Source of the DNA: Takakia lepidozioides
Taxonomy: Eukaryota > Plantae > Bryophyta
Length of the DNA: 64,000 nt
Assembly (NCBI GenBank): GCA_030704615.1
Contig: CM060733.1
Coordinates: 19,902,001 to 19,966,000 of the forward strand
Reading direction: 5' to 3'
Shown here: positions 22,719-33,419 of the stretch, in pieces
Layout: every line of letters starts with the position of its first letter
Numbering within the stretch: position 1 is the first letter of the stretch
Program-made: the position numbers and the translations under genes
The notes under the pieces: generated by a model
What the model was told of the DNA's origin: nothing
Databases searched by the model: none
The model's input: the letters and a program-made list of their open reading frames with translations, nothing else

Positions 22719-25390
22719 ATAACACGTCCTGCAGTCACATCCAGGGTCGTAGGAGCAGTCTGCTGCAGATAGACATAGTCACCAGGGTTGAATCTCCGAA
22801 CCCCAGGACGATAGCCCCCACCACGTATGGTGGCATACCTCAACGTATCACGGTGTTGTGCAATGGCAAGGTTCTCGAAAGCCATGGGCATGACTCTCTT
22901 GAACAACTCTGCACGCTGCTCACATGCACGTGCCCACACGTCCGGATCGTCAAGGTTAAGAACTGTAGCAGCTTCTCTGCGAATGGATGTCGGCAAATCC
23001 GGCTCTCGGCCAAAGAGAAGAAAGTATGGTGAGAAGGAGGCAAGTGATGCTTGCTTGCTGAACCTGTAGCCCATGGCTAACCAGGGTAACTGAAGGTCCC
23101 AATCTCCTAGGTGTCCCTTCTGCAAGCCATACTTGCGCAAACCCCTCTTTACTGTCTGAACAACTCTCTCTGCCAAGCCATCGGCTTCAGGATGATCCCG
23201 AGAAGTGGTGCGGTGGTCTATCAAGGCCTTGTCACACAAAGCCTGAAACTCCCCCAAGAACTCTCTCCCTTGGTCCGTGAGTACCTCAGCTGGAGCACCG
23301 AATCGGCTAAGCACACAATCCAGGAATGCATACGCAGCTCCCTCACTAGCCTTATTAGGCAATGGAACCAATTCAATCCACTTGGAGAAGTGCTCCACCA
23401 TCACAAACACGTACTTGTTGTGGCGCATGGTCAGTGGCAACGGCCCTGCGAAGTCAAGACTCCACCTGTAGCCCAATCCCATGATCGGAAGAGGGTGCAA
23501 TTGTGGAGTAGGGGCGTTGAATGAAGCACGCACCCTGTCACACACCATGCACCTAGCCACAAATTGTTGCACCTCTGTGTGCATACCACGCCACCAATAC
23601 TGCCCCTGCAGTAGACTATGAGTGCGTCGCACCCCAAAATGCCCCAACTCCTCATAGGCATGCCGCACTAACCGTGCCCGCTGTGTTGGGTGAGGCACAA
23701 TCCTCACTCGACCATCCTCCCACACTCGGAGCAGGTGTGTTCCCTCCCACCTGAACCTCTTGGCTCGTTGTAGGATCCGATCCCTCTCCTTGGCAGTCAT
23801 AGTGGCTGCCGTGTCTCCACTGCGGAGGTAGTCCAACACAACTGAATCCTCATGTATATCTTTGGCGCCACCCTGCTCATTGCTGGCCTCAGGGTCCTCA
23901 GACACTTGATCTACAGTCATCCCTGTTGTAGGTCCAACCTGGCCTTCCGCTGCCAAGATACACAGAAATGCAGATGCATGCCATCCGGGCACCATCTCCT
24001 CGTCTGTCTCACCATGCCACCGAGCTCCAGTGTCATCCTGCTGGCTCGTGCATGGATTGCGACTCAACCCATCTGCATTTCGATTGACCAAACCCGGTCG
24101 ATGCACCACCTGAAAGTCATACTCTTGAAGGATGAGTGCCCACCGTGCAAGCTTCCCCGTAAGCTTGTCTGACTCCATCAACCACTTGAGTGGTTGGTGA
24201 TCCGTGACAAGGGTGAAGAGATTGCCGTATAGATAGCACCTGAAGTGTGCCACGGCCCACATTGCAGCTAAGCATTCTCCCTCATATGAGCTATACTTAG
24301 ACTCTGCAGCATTGTTCGAGCGGCTAGCATAAGCCACTACGAACTCTCTTCCCTCATCATCCACCTGTGTGAGCACCGCTCCAAGCCCCAGCATGCTCCA
24401 ATCTGTATGCAGCTGAAAAGGACGCCCCCTGATAGGTCGTCTCAAAATGGGCGCCGAGGTCAACCTCGCCTTGAGCTCTTGAAAAGCTTGTTCTTGCTCA
24501 TCTTCCCACTGCCACTCCTGGTCCACCTTGGTCAGCTTGGTTAGAGCCTTTGCAATGGCACTAAATCCCTTAACAAACCGTCTGTAATAGTTTGCTAACC
24601 CCATGAAAGCTCGAACTCGGCTCACATCCGTGGGGCGTGGAACCTGTGCAATGGACTCTACCTTAGTCTGCTGTACCCCCAATCCTCCAGGATATATCAT
24701 GTGACCCAGATACTCAATCTGGTTGTGGAAAAACTTGCACTTGCCCGGATGTAACTTCAATCCTTGCGTCCTCAAGCGCTCAAATACCCCCTGAAGGTGT
24801 CTCTCATGCTCCTCCACCGTAGCACTAAAGATGATGATGTCATCTATGTAGCACCGAGCAAACTCCACCCCTGCTAGAATCCTGTCCATGACTCTTTGAA
24901 ACTCAGCGGGAGCGTTTTTAAGCCCAAATGGTAAGAACCGCCACTGGTATAGGCAATCCTTCCCGTGCTCATTGATCCCCCAGAATGCCGTCTTTTGCCT
25001 ATCCGCCTCCTTGATCGGCAACTGGTGATATCCGGATCGTAAATCCAACGTGCTAAAGACCTTGGAATGCCCAATGGCATCAAAGATCTCCTCTGGTGTT
25101 GGCATGGCATACCTATCGGACTTGGTTTGACGATTTACAGGCCGGTAATCACCGCACATACGTCTCTCCGTCCAATTGCCATAGACATCCTTCTTAGCTG
25201 GCATCACCGTGGCTGAAGCATACTCTCCACCAGAGAGCTCCACCAAACCTGCCTCCCAGAGATCTTGAGTCCTCATCTGAATCAAAGACCTCTCCATGTC
25301 ACTGTATCTATAGGGTCTCCGAAAGATTGGCGTGTCAGTGGCCAACTCAATACGGATCTCTTGACCCTTCAGTGCTCCCAAGTCCTTCAA
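22715..25390 (-). CDS. Gypsy pol: RT - RNase H - integrase
   Basis: RMCGDYRPVN, LDLRSGYHQ, LPFGLKNAP, YIDD; LHTDWS, YEGECLA, VTDHQPL; GHFG..CMVC, WSLDFAGP, LTDQGREF, DGLAER. Confidence 0.96.
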   Translation of the reverse strand: MKDLGALKGQEIRIELATDTPIFRRPYRYSDMERSLIQMRTQDLWEAGLVELSGGEYASATVMPAKKDVYGNWTERRMCGDYRPVNRQTKSDRYAMPTPEEIFDAIGHSKVFSTLDLRSGYHQLPIKEADRQKTAFWGINEHGKDCLYQWRFLPFGLKNAPAEFQRVMDRILAGVEFARCYIDDIIIFSATVEEHERHLQGVFERLRTQGLKLHPGKCKFFHNQIEYLGHMIYPGGLGVQQTKVESIAQVPRPTDVSRVRAFMGLANYYRRFVKGFSAIAKALTKLTKVDQEWQWEDEQEQAFQELKARLTSAPILRRPIRGRPFQLHTDWSMLGLGAVLTQVDDEGREFVVAYASRSNNAAESKYSSYEGECLAAMWAVAHFRCYLYGNLFTLVTDHQPLKWLMESDKLTGKLARWALILQEYDFQVVHRPGLVNRNADGLSRNPCTSQQDDTGARWHGETDEEMVPGWHASAFLCILAAEGQVGPTTGMTVDQVSEDPEASNEQGGAKDIHEDSVVLDYLRSGDTAATMTAKERDRILQRAKRFRWEGTHLLRVWEDGRVRIVPHPTQRARLVRHAYEELGHFGVRRTHSLLQGQYWWRGMHTEVQQFVARCMVCDRVRASFNAPTPQLHPLPIMGLGYRWSLDFAGPLPLTMRHNKYVFVMVEHFSKWIELVPLPNKASEGAAYAFLDCVLSRFGAPAEVLTDQGREFLGEFQALCDKALIDHRTTSRDHPEADGLAERVVQTVKRGLRKYGLQKGHLGDWDLQLPWLAMGYRFSKQASLASFSPYFLLFGREPDLPTSIRREAATVLNLDDPDVWARACEQRAELFKRVMPMAFENLAIAQHRDTLRYATIRGGGYRPGVRRFNPGDYVYLQQTAPTTLDVTAGRVI

Positions 25391-25725
25391 ACTGAAGGCA
25401 AAGCAATTCCTATAAGCCCTCAGGAACCGCCGTATACGTCGTCTCTCTCCTCCGATGACAATGGGTCCAATGTCAGGCTCCCAATTGTCCTCCGTAACTG
25501 CAACCTTAAGTCCAGTGGGCTTAGAGGTAGAGGACGCGTCCCGTGGTTGCTATGCTGCAACCTCTTGAGCAGTACCCCCTTCCTGCTCAGTCAATGACAA
25601 GGCCTCATCCTACCCCATCATCTCATCATGGGAACCTCCTCATCCCAAGAAGAATCCCCAACCTCATCCATCACAGCTGCCTTCGCTGCCAACTCCCTCT
25701 GAACCTCGAGCACCTCCCACGTGTG

Positions 25726-28700
25726 TCATGGATGTCTACACCTCGTGGTCCTCACCGGCTCGCCCCCACTCGCTGCCTGTACCGTCTCGGTAGGCAGAGA
25801 GACCGTCAAGGGAAGTGCACTCCGCACTCTACGTTGCTCAGCCATAGCCAAGCTGACAATCCAGGTCAAGCAATTGAGATCCATTGCTTGCCCCAACACT
25901 TGACGACGTGATGCCTCAGAAAGAGAAGGCACCGCCGTGGTCCCAGTGGAAAACCCCATAGCCCGCTCTCGCTCGTCGGCATTAGGCTCCACTAACTGCT
26001 GCAACTGAGCATCCCACAAGAGGCCAGGTCCACCATCCCAAAAAGCATGGGATCCTGGGAAGCTGAGCAGTGTAGGTAATGCTGCTCGTGGTTGACCCAC
26101 CCTGTTGACCACTGCCAAAGGCGAACGGTCATCGTGTCTCACACGTTGAGACTGCCTTCCTGTGTCCAAAATGCCATCCACGGTGAGGTGTGCTGGCCGC
26201 TGCACCCCATCAAATGCACGCTTGAGCAGTGCGGGTGGCATCAAGTTAGTCCACCATAGTCGTGGACGATGAGCCCGTGACCCCACTGCAGCTGCATCCA
26301 GCAATACTGCTGACCCAAGCCACGACCGGACTTGATGCACACTGGCCATCACTCTGGCCCGAGAATCACCCATCAGTGGCACATTCTCCAAGATGTATGC
26401 CGGGGATACAGCCTGATGAAGCTGCAAGTGGCGCAAAATCCGCACCATCTCCCAAAACAGACCCGTCCTCGAGTCTCGCAATCCATTGCCATGCCCGGCT
26501 GATGAATGCCCTTGGCAGGGCCAACCTGCCACTACCAGATCAATGGAGCCAACCCGCTCCAAATCCTGCGCCCCCAGCAACGCAATGTCTGCTGGCAAGG
26601 CCTGCTGATATCCACGAACTGCAGACACCGGCAACAACTCAGGGTGCTGCTGCACCATCTGAGCAACATGGCGCAGTGAGACGCGTCGTGCAGTCTCATC
26701 CCTCTCCACATACAGGTAACGTCGAACTTGTACACCTGCCTGCAGCACTGCAGCCAATCCAGTGCTGATTCCGCCAAATAAGTCCAGAAGGCATATGCCT
26801 TCATCCGGCCGCTGCCACACAAGAGGTGTGGTGTCCAATGGCGACAACTGAGGTGGCCCTGGTGCAATCACCGCACTCTCCTCCTCTCCTGACGGTACAA
26901 AAGCTTCTACCCAAGCTTGTTGCACCCGTCCATCAGCAGCTTGCTGCAAATCCTTGCTCGTACCCCACAACGGAGTGTGAGCAACCATGGCAGGCAACTC
27001 CGCCGTACCATGCATGTCATCCTGCTCTGCTGGAGGTGGCACATCCTCTGCATGGGCATTGCCTTCCAGCAACTCTCCAGGCCAACTAACTGCAGCTGTG
27101 AAGGCGGCTAGTGTTGGCATCTTGCCCCGCTGGGCAGCTGCAATACCCCCAATGAATGTCACAGGGAGCTGTGCACGGCGACCATCCCCTGACTGCCATC
27201 CAGGCCTGTAGGATGCTGACTCCTCCCAGAAATCCAGGGTAAAGCCCATGGGGTATAACACTGCCCCACCAACGAGGACATCGTAAGAGACCGCGTCTGT
27301 CACAATGGCCTTGGCTCGCATCACTGAGCCATCTACAGGATGATCCGGCTGCAGTTTAATAGCCAACTGATGCCGTGTCATGCCGCGAGCCTGCTCTGAT
27401 CCTCCCAAAGATGTCTGTATCTGGAAATGACAAGGCTCCATATCCGCCTCCATGAGGCCCAAACCTGCAATAGCAGCTCTGCCCAACATCAGTGGCTGAG
27501 CTCCTGAGTCCAACAAGACCCGCAGTGGCCGGTACTTCTTACCTGCCGATCCACTCAAAGTGAAAATGCCTCTCTGGTTGTCTAACAAGACAACTCCAGG
27601 TGTCACCATGGCGCGCTCAAAGGCTGGCCTAGCTGGCAGCTCCGTCAATCTGGCAGCTGCAGCTTGCCAGGGCGCTGCCGTGGCAGTCTTGACCCTCAAA
27701 TCCGAGGATCCCTCTGCCACTACACCTTCCACTAACTCCGCAGAAGATGAAGTGACCTCCCCACTCTCACAGAGTGTTGCTGCTAGTCTGAACACTGCAG
27801 CTGGTCTCACCCCCGGCGTCGCAATCATTGTTGCCGAGAACAGTGGGGCCTGACACACAGAGGTGGCTGCCCCCAATAACACACCGGCCGCACTAGCCTT
27901 GGCAGCAAGAGTCAATGCTGCACGTGTAGCTCTCCCCAATGGCATAGTAACCTCCGCCTCGGTAACAGTCGGGCGAGAACTAGGTGCCATGGATGGCGTC
28001 GACACAGTCTCCGCCAATGTGAATGACTGAGGAAGCCTTGCCTGACGGCTTGCCTCCCCACGCCGTGGATCCAATTCCACCTCTGCACCTCGTGGCTCAG
28101 GAACTCGTGCTGCTCCTCGAGTCACGGCTGCAGCAGACTCCACCTGCTCTAGTGGTAGTGCTGCTCCGCACATAAATCCCATGCCTCCCATATCTCCTCC
28201 CTCAGGAGCAGGAGGTGGACCATCCCGCCTGGGAGCCGGTACCGCCTGAGCTATAGCCATGGCAGCGAGCCTCTGCTCTAGCTGCTGAAGCCGGTTGGCC
28301 ATGCCTTGATCAACGCCCTGACCTCCGCGTCCTTGGCCATGTTGAGCTTGCCCTTGGCCTGCACCTCGTGCCCGACCACCTCGTCCTCTTTGGGCTGGTC
28401 CACCTCGCCCCCGGCCACCATTGTTCCCTTGGAACTGGCCTGGGCGCAACTCAGGATGCAAGTCATAACACTGGGCATCTCCATGCCCATACTTGCCACA
28501 ATGCCCACACTGCAACTGTGCAGGCTGTGCTTGTGCCGGCCTTCTGCCACTCTCTGGGCAATCTCTCTTGACATGGGGTCCTCCACATGTCCAACATATC
28601 ACCCCTGGTTGCTGTTGGCCTACAAAAGATGCCACGGGCCTCTGCACCTGAGATCCCCTGTAAGCTCCATGGAACTTGGGCTGGGCAACCTTGCCCCCCT

Positions 28701-29751
28701 GACCACGCTGTTGGGCAGTCCCTTGTGCTTGTGGGCTGACAGCTGTGCCCCGTACAGGCATGTCCTTGCCAAATCCAATTGTAACAACTCGCTCCTCCAC
28801 CATGTTGAGCTCAATCCGCTCAGCCAGCAAAAACACATCTGCTAATGTGGGTTGGGCTGCTTGTAACAGGGTTGCATCTCGCACCCTTCTCTTGAGCTCC
28901 TTGTCCAGAATTCCATACCAAAACTGGATTGCCTGAGCTTCAGTAACCCCTTGGGTCACACTTATCAAGCGCCTCATACGAGTGTACGCCTCTCGCAGGC
29001 TCTCACTGGGTTTGCGCTGGAAGTCTTGCAAACTTCGCAGCTTCTCTGTCCGTACACCTTGGTAGTTCCTCCGCAACTCCTGGAAGAACTCCACCACCGG
29101 GTTGAATCTAGGCACATGTGTTGTAGTTGTGGCAGGAGGAGTAGTAGCACCTTTTGAACTGGTACCACCTGCAGAAGTACCAGCACTACCTGCTCCACTA
29201 CTAGTGCTGGCAGTGGGAGCTATTGGTACTGATGCAGCTACTGGTCGCGTCGTGCCTCGAGTAATGGAGACGTAGTCAGGTGACCAATACATCCTCCACT
29301 CCTCAATCTCTGCTTCATGTCCTTGCCTGAACTCGTGGTAATCGTCCATAGGCGGGCCTTCCAAATGCTGGAACAGTCCCTTCCACGCCATGAATGGGGT
29401 GAATAGCTGTGGATTGCGCATCTGCTGCAAATCACACCAGCTGTCGAACTCCTGGATAAAGTCATCCAACTCGATTGTGCCCACAGCTCCAGAGTACCTA
29501 CGAGGCCCCTTGGTAGCTCCATACATCTCCTCCATGTCGTCCCACAACAATGGCGAATGAAAGTGCACACCTGTTGATGAAGCCTCCGAGTCTGTGTCTG
29601 ACTCTACAGTAATTGAGGGTGGCGGTGAAGGTGGTCTGAACCGAATACCTCGTCTTGTGAACCCACTCTCACTGTTACTGCCTGTAGCCGTACTCCCCTC
29701 AAAACCCTTGGGTAACTCCGTAATGACACTCACAATGTGCACCTCCTCCAC
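25726..29751 (-). CDS. Gag - two Zn knuckles - aspartic protease - DNA (cytosine-5) methyltransferase polyprotein (1341 aa)
   Basis: Gag (FQRKPSESLREAYTRM), CWTCGGPHVKRDC, CGHCGKYGHGDAQC and protease LLDSGAQ. C5-MTase motifs: LDLFGGISTG (I), YVERD (II), AGWPCQG (IV), ILENV (VI), AHRPRLWWTNL (VIII), ERERAMGF (IX), RRQVLGQAM (X). Confidence 0.95.
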   Translation of the reverse strand: MEEVHIVSVITELPKGFEGSTATGSNSESGFTRRGIRFRPPSPPPSITVESDTDSEASSTGVHFHSPLLWDDMEEMYGATKGPRRYSGAVGTIELDDFIQEFDSWCDLQQMRNPQLFTPFMAWKGLFQHLEGPPMDDYHEFRQGHEAEIEEWRMYWSPDYVSITRGTTRPVAASVPIAPTASTSSGAGSAGTSAGGTSSKGATTPPATTTTHVPRFNPVVEFFQELRRNYQGVRTEKLRSLQDFQRKPSESLREAYTRMRRLISVTQGVTEAQAIQFWYGILDKELKRRVRDATLLQAAQPTLADVFLLAERIELNMVEERVVTIGFGKDMPVRGTAVSPQAQGTAQQRGQGGKVAQPKFHGAYRGSQVQRPVASFVGQQQPGVICWTCGGPHVKRDCPESGRRPAQAQPAQLQCGHCGKYGHGDAQCYDLHPELRPGQFQGNNGGRGRGGPAQRGRGGRARGAGQGQAQHGQGRGGQGVDQGMANRLQQLEQRLAAMAIAQAVPAPRRDGPPPAPEGGDMGGMGFMCGAALPLEQVESAAAVTRGAARVPEPRGAEVELDPRRGEASRQARLPQSFTLAETVSTPSMAPSSRPTVTEAEVTMPLGRATRAALTLAAKASAAGVLLGAATSVCQAPLFSATMIATPGVRPAAVFRLAATLCESGEVTSSSAELVEGVVAEGSSDLRVKTATAAPWQAAAARLTELPARPAFERAMVTPGVVLLDNQRGIFTLSGSAGKKYRPLRVLLDSGAQPLMLGRAAIAGLGLMEADMEPCHFQIQTSLGGSEQARGMTRHQLAIKLQPDHPVDGSVMRAKAIVTDAVSYDVLVGGAVLYPMGFTLDFWEESASYRPGWQSGDGRRAQLPVTFIGGIAAAQRGKMPTLAAFTAAVSWPGELLEGNAHAEDVPPPAEQDDMHGTAELPAMVAHTPLWGTSKDLQQAADGRVQQAWVEAFVPSGEEESAVIAPGPPQLSPLDTTPLVWQRPDEGICLLDLFGGISTGLAAVLQAGVQVRRYLYVERDETARRVSLRHVAQMVQQHPELLPVSAVRGYQQALPADIALLGAQDLERVGSIDLVVAGWPCQGHSSAGHGNGLRDSRTGLFWEMVRILRHLQLHQAVSPAYILENVPLMGDSRARVMASVHQVRSWLGSAVLLDAAAVGSRAHRPRLWWTNLMPPALLKRAFDGVQRPAHLTVDGILDTGRQSQRVRHDDRSPLAVVNRVGQPRAALPTLLSFPGSHAFWDGGPGLLWDAQLQQLVEPNADERERAMGFSTGTTAVPSLSEASRRQVLGQAMDLNCLTWIVSLAMAEQRRVRSALPLTVSLPTETVQAASGGEPVRTTRCRHP

Positions 29752-30270
29752 GTGACACTATAAGGCTCTAGTACTAATCTAATAGTGACACGGGTGGGCA
29801 CCTGTTGCAGTCTAAGGGTCATATCCCAATGGCTCAGGGCACCTGCACCTGCATCCACCGCAAGAACTCCTATGGTTGGCTGGTCATCAACCCAGCCTCA
29901 CCATAGAAGAAACACTGGTGGTCTTGCTGGTCATCACTCCAGCCTCACCACCGACAGCATACTCTAGGATTGACCGGTGATCAAATCCGGCCTAATCCCT
30001 ATGAAAGCAAGCGCCCACACAAAACCAACATGGCGCACAGTCAAGCATGCAGGTGTTGGGGAGGATCCAAACACAAGAAATCAAAACATCAACACCCCCA
30101 CACCAAAATCCAGCAGCAACGCTGATCCTGCAGAATATCCCAGCCCAAAACCCCGGGCTGACTGGCCTCCACCAAGAGAGGCTTTGGCAACTACAAGTAC
30201 AAGGTAATGAAAATAGTACAAAGATGGAGGGGAAGAATAGAAGCCCGCCCAAGCAAGATCTAATCCTGAT

Positions 30271-31020
30271 CTATGCTATCAACTTCCAGACTTCTCTCAA
30301 AGTGCCTCGCTCTGCTTGATGGTAAGGTGTAGGAGGTATATCTATGTCCAGAAACCTGCCACTAACCTTGTCCCAAGCTACAGTAGCTCGCTCTAACCAA
30401 CCCTCCTCCTCTTTCTGCCAGGTAGAGACAAAGCAACACTCTGCTATCTCCCGCTCACTGAGCACTAAAGAAAACAAAGGTAGGGTCTGATAGTCTCTCA
30501 ACTCGAAAGCTTTGAGACGGTTGCGGGTGTCTTCATTGCGAATGACTGCATCGCCTTCAAACAGAACAAACTTGTCCTCGCTAATGAACCCCCGCTCATG
30601 GTTGCCTTGTGCAGAGCGTGTCCGACTGCAACACTGTCTAATTGCACAAACTTGTGCAGCTCCTGCTCCTCTACTCCAGTACACCACGGCCTTGTGGCTG
30701 AACACCTTGGTCCCCGGGGCTGTCTTTGGCTGTGTTCCAAGCCTAGCTTTCACCCACTTTGGTATTTCACCTACAGCTGCAGAACTGCTGGCTCCAACAG
30801 AGTTCTGACTGTCCAAGGCGATATTGAGGCCCTCAATGCCAACTACAGCAGTCTGTTGTCTACTGCTAATGCCTGACTCCCAGTATGCAATCAACTCGTC
30901 CAACTGTTCTCCACTCAAATCAGTCTGAGTTCCTTGGGAAACATAGATCGTGTCCCCTTGTGTGCACAGACTAAGAGAAGAGACCTGCCCTTCAATTACG
31001 TCCTCATTTCCCCCAGCCAT
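30271..31020 (-). CDS. Intact 249-aa ORF of unknown function upstream of gag
   Basis: ATG-initiated, on the same strand as gag-pol, with a globular-looking C-terminal half. Confidence 0.6.
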   Translation of the reverse strand: MAGGNEDVIEGQVSSLSLCTQGDTIYVSQGTQTDLSGEQLDELIAYWESGISSRQQTAVVGIEGLNIALDSQNSVGASSSAAVGEIPKWVKARLGTQPKTAPGTKVFSHKAVVYWSRGAGAAQVCAIRQCCSRTRSAQGNHERGFISEDKFVLFEGDAVIRNEDTRNRLKAFELRDYQTLPLFSLVLSEREIAECCFVSTWQKEEEGWLERATVAWDKVSGRFLDIDIPPTPYHQAERGTLREVWKLIA

Positions 31021-31505
31021 GCATGGAGTACATCCACCAATTTGTCTCTCATATAGACCAGCACAGGTTCTAGAGACAGGATTGTGGATCTTTCATGGCA
31101 CACTCACACTCTAAAAATTCCATAGATTTTTAGCAGAGTCCCAAAAACAAAAACCAGGTCTAGATAGGTAGATTTCCCTTTTCTGTAGGTCCCTGCGCAA
31201 GTTTTGGGTCCAACGGCCTTGGTAGGCCAAAGTTATGGCCAAACAGGCTCTATCTAATTTAAATTAGATCAAAGAACGATTTTTTATTTTTTTATTTTTT
31301 TAAATACTTGTCTTGGTTCCTGTTCCCTGGTTACCTACGGGTTCCCGAGGCCGTTCCCCTCGCACTGTGAGCACACTACTGCCCCATTTCCGAGCGCACT
31401 CCACAGCAGCAGTCTTCCGTGAGAGAGAGAGAGAGAGAGCTATGGCGGGACTTACAACAACAGCACAGGGCATCACCGCGTCCTTGGCATCAGCGGCATG
31501 GGGGC

Positions 31506-31676
31506 ATCTCCTATTTGAGGTATTCGGATTGACCTAACCCTGATCTTCACAAATCGCAGTCCATCAGCGTTGGTTGTCAACAGAACCTGATCAATCATGC
31601 CACTTTCATTGTGGCGCAAGCATGTGCTCTGGTCACGCTTGGTGTAGCGCTGTGCTTGACTGGCATTGTCATCCTC
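31506..31676 (-). pseudogene. RPB2: Captured fragment of RNA polymerase II second-largest subunit
   Basis: [57 protein letters not shown] closely matches plant NRPB2 just before KFSSRHGQKG, and the match ends abruptly. Confidence 0.9.
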
Positions 31677-33062
31677 CACATGTTCATATCATGCCTGCGA
31701 TCACCACCCAAGTCGACCCCAACCAGTATTGACAGTGAGTGCAACTCGGTTGTTCTCCACACGCTCCATCATGCCTGCGATCAGCTTTCACACAAGGTGG
31801 TCCATTTCCGATGCCTGGCCTCCGCCCTCAATGTAGATGATATGACTCTTAACTCCCCAAATGTATGGGCCTGAGCAACTCTCCAGCTATCCATTTCACT
31901 CCAGGCACTTCGTATTCATCCTAGGGACGTTGTGGTAGTGCAGATATCAGCGTTCATAGCTTGCCTGGCAGGTTTGAATCTTTCTTACAGTAGTCACATT
32001 GTAACAGAGCCATCAAGCAACAAATTGCAGTGGCAGTCGTTTACTGGATCCTCGCAACAGCCTTCCTTGCAGGATTCTTTACCTAGTTGGTTCACATTAG
32101 CAAATGAATCAGCATCTTCATCTCGTCAAGTGGTTGGAATGCCTGAGCGGTCACTGCCCATCAATCAAACTCAGACGGAGAACGATTTGCTTGGTCTGCA
32201 AGGACACTCCTTGTCAGTAGGTGTTTGCCCCAAACAGCCAGAGCTGCAGCAGGTCTGCACACCCAGCCCGCAGGTGGAGTAAGACTGCAAGATATTTGGG
32301 TTCACGTTGACAAACAAGCGGACATGGCCTGTCTCCAGTCCCCAGATCACTCAAGGTGAGGATTCTGAAAGCTCAAGGCATTGCCCAGTGGCAGAAATAG
32401 CTAAGCCTTCTACCTATGGCAGCTTGGGGACAGAAGCATCACTTGTCATGGTTGATCAAGAAATAACCCCACAATCCACGGGCCCCAACACCAATCTTGG
32501 AGGGCACGGACGACACTCGCAAGGCCTGACCACTCAACAACCTCTGCTGCCGCACACGACCTCGCCTGCAGCGGGAGTCACCAAGGCCCTGGCAGCTACG
32601 GTCGCTACGGTCGGTTTTCCCTGCATGTGATAGTATCGCGCAGCTGGTGGGTGCACTAAAGGCTGGCAATGAAAGAGCACAGAAAGCAGCACTTGAGGCT
32701 TTGTTCCTACTACGTCAAGCCTGATCCTCCAGTCCTGCCGAGGTGGGAAAAGCACAAGCCATGGCAGCGGCAGAAGCCATCCCTATGCTACAACTGTTGA
32801 TGAGGACATGCCCCCCACGCTTTCAGAACAAGGCAGACAGCCTGCTGCAGTGCCTGCCAGGAGGACGAGAACATTGTTGGCTTTGAACTGCTGCAGCGAC
32901 ACTTCGAGTGGTTCCCGCCTTCCTGTTATGCTCCACTAGGCACACATAGCCAGTCTACCTGCAGGCTCTCGTAACCAAGCTATATTATAATAGTGCTTAA
33001 AACAGGAACGTCACATCTAGCTTAGCCCTAGAAAACTAGATACAGTTTCAATCTCTCTCGAG

Positions 33063-33419
33063 TGATAAGAAAGCTTGGAAAGACACACACTCTCAACACA
33101 AGAAATGTGAAATCCCTCAACATCACTCGTTAAAACAGTAGTCGAGCCAGGGGCACCCCAAGCTATGGGGACTCCACCCCACAACAACCTACACTCCCAT
33201 CATGAGTACACTCAGATCTAAACGCATGCAGGAGCCCGGTCGCGCAGGCTCAACTCGAGAGAGATGAGCTGCGCGACTGCCGCTCTCGTGAAGATAAGAC
33301 GGACCAGGTGTCAAACTAAACTTGACACCTGATTTAACACTTGACCTAAATCCAAGTGTTAAATACAAATAACTAGTTTTATTCTAGCTGTTTTCACACC
33401 GTGCTTATTTAACTTGACA
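33063..33419 (-). repeat. 357-bp repeat B, 5' terminal copy
   Basis: Matches 9872-10228; lacks the A segment. Confidence 0.95.

Larger units (their letters stand above)
9786..33419 (-). mobile_element. Ty3/Gypsy retrotransposon encoding a C5 DNA methyltransferase and a PHD finger, with split-direct-repeat ends (~11.8 kb excluding the nested element)
   Basis: TG...CA termini. AAGA TSD at 9782-9785 and 33420-33423. A 357-bp repeat occurs at both ends. Domain order is gag-PR-DNMT-RT-RH-INT-PHD. A PPT-like GGGGGGCG lies on the minus strand at 10318-10325. Confidence 0.9.

Noticed and set aside
22589-29570. Many plus-strand and alternate-frame ORFs overlapping gag-pol
   Set aside because: These are shadow ORFs of GC-rich coding sequence with no domain signatures.
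32963-32978. TGGTTACGAGAGCC on the minus strand as a tRNA-Met PBS
   Set aside because: The match is imperfect and lies ~85 nt from the repeat edge, whereas a PBS should abut the LTR.
9786-33419. DIRS/PAT/Ngaro tyrosine-recombinase element, suggested by the split direct repeats
   Set aside because: No tyrosine recombinase is recognisable. Pol has a Gypsy RT-RH-DDE integrase, and the element has TG..CA ends and a TSD.
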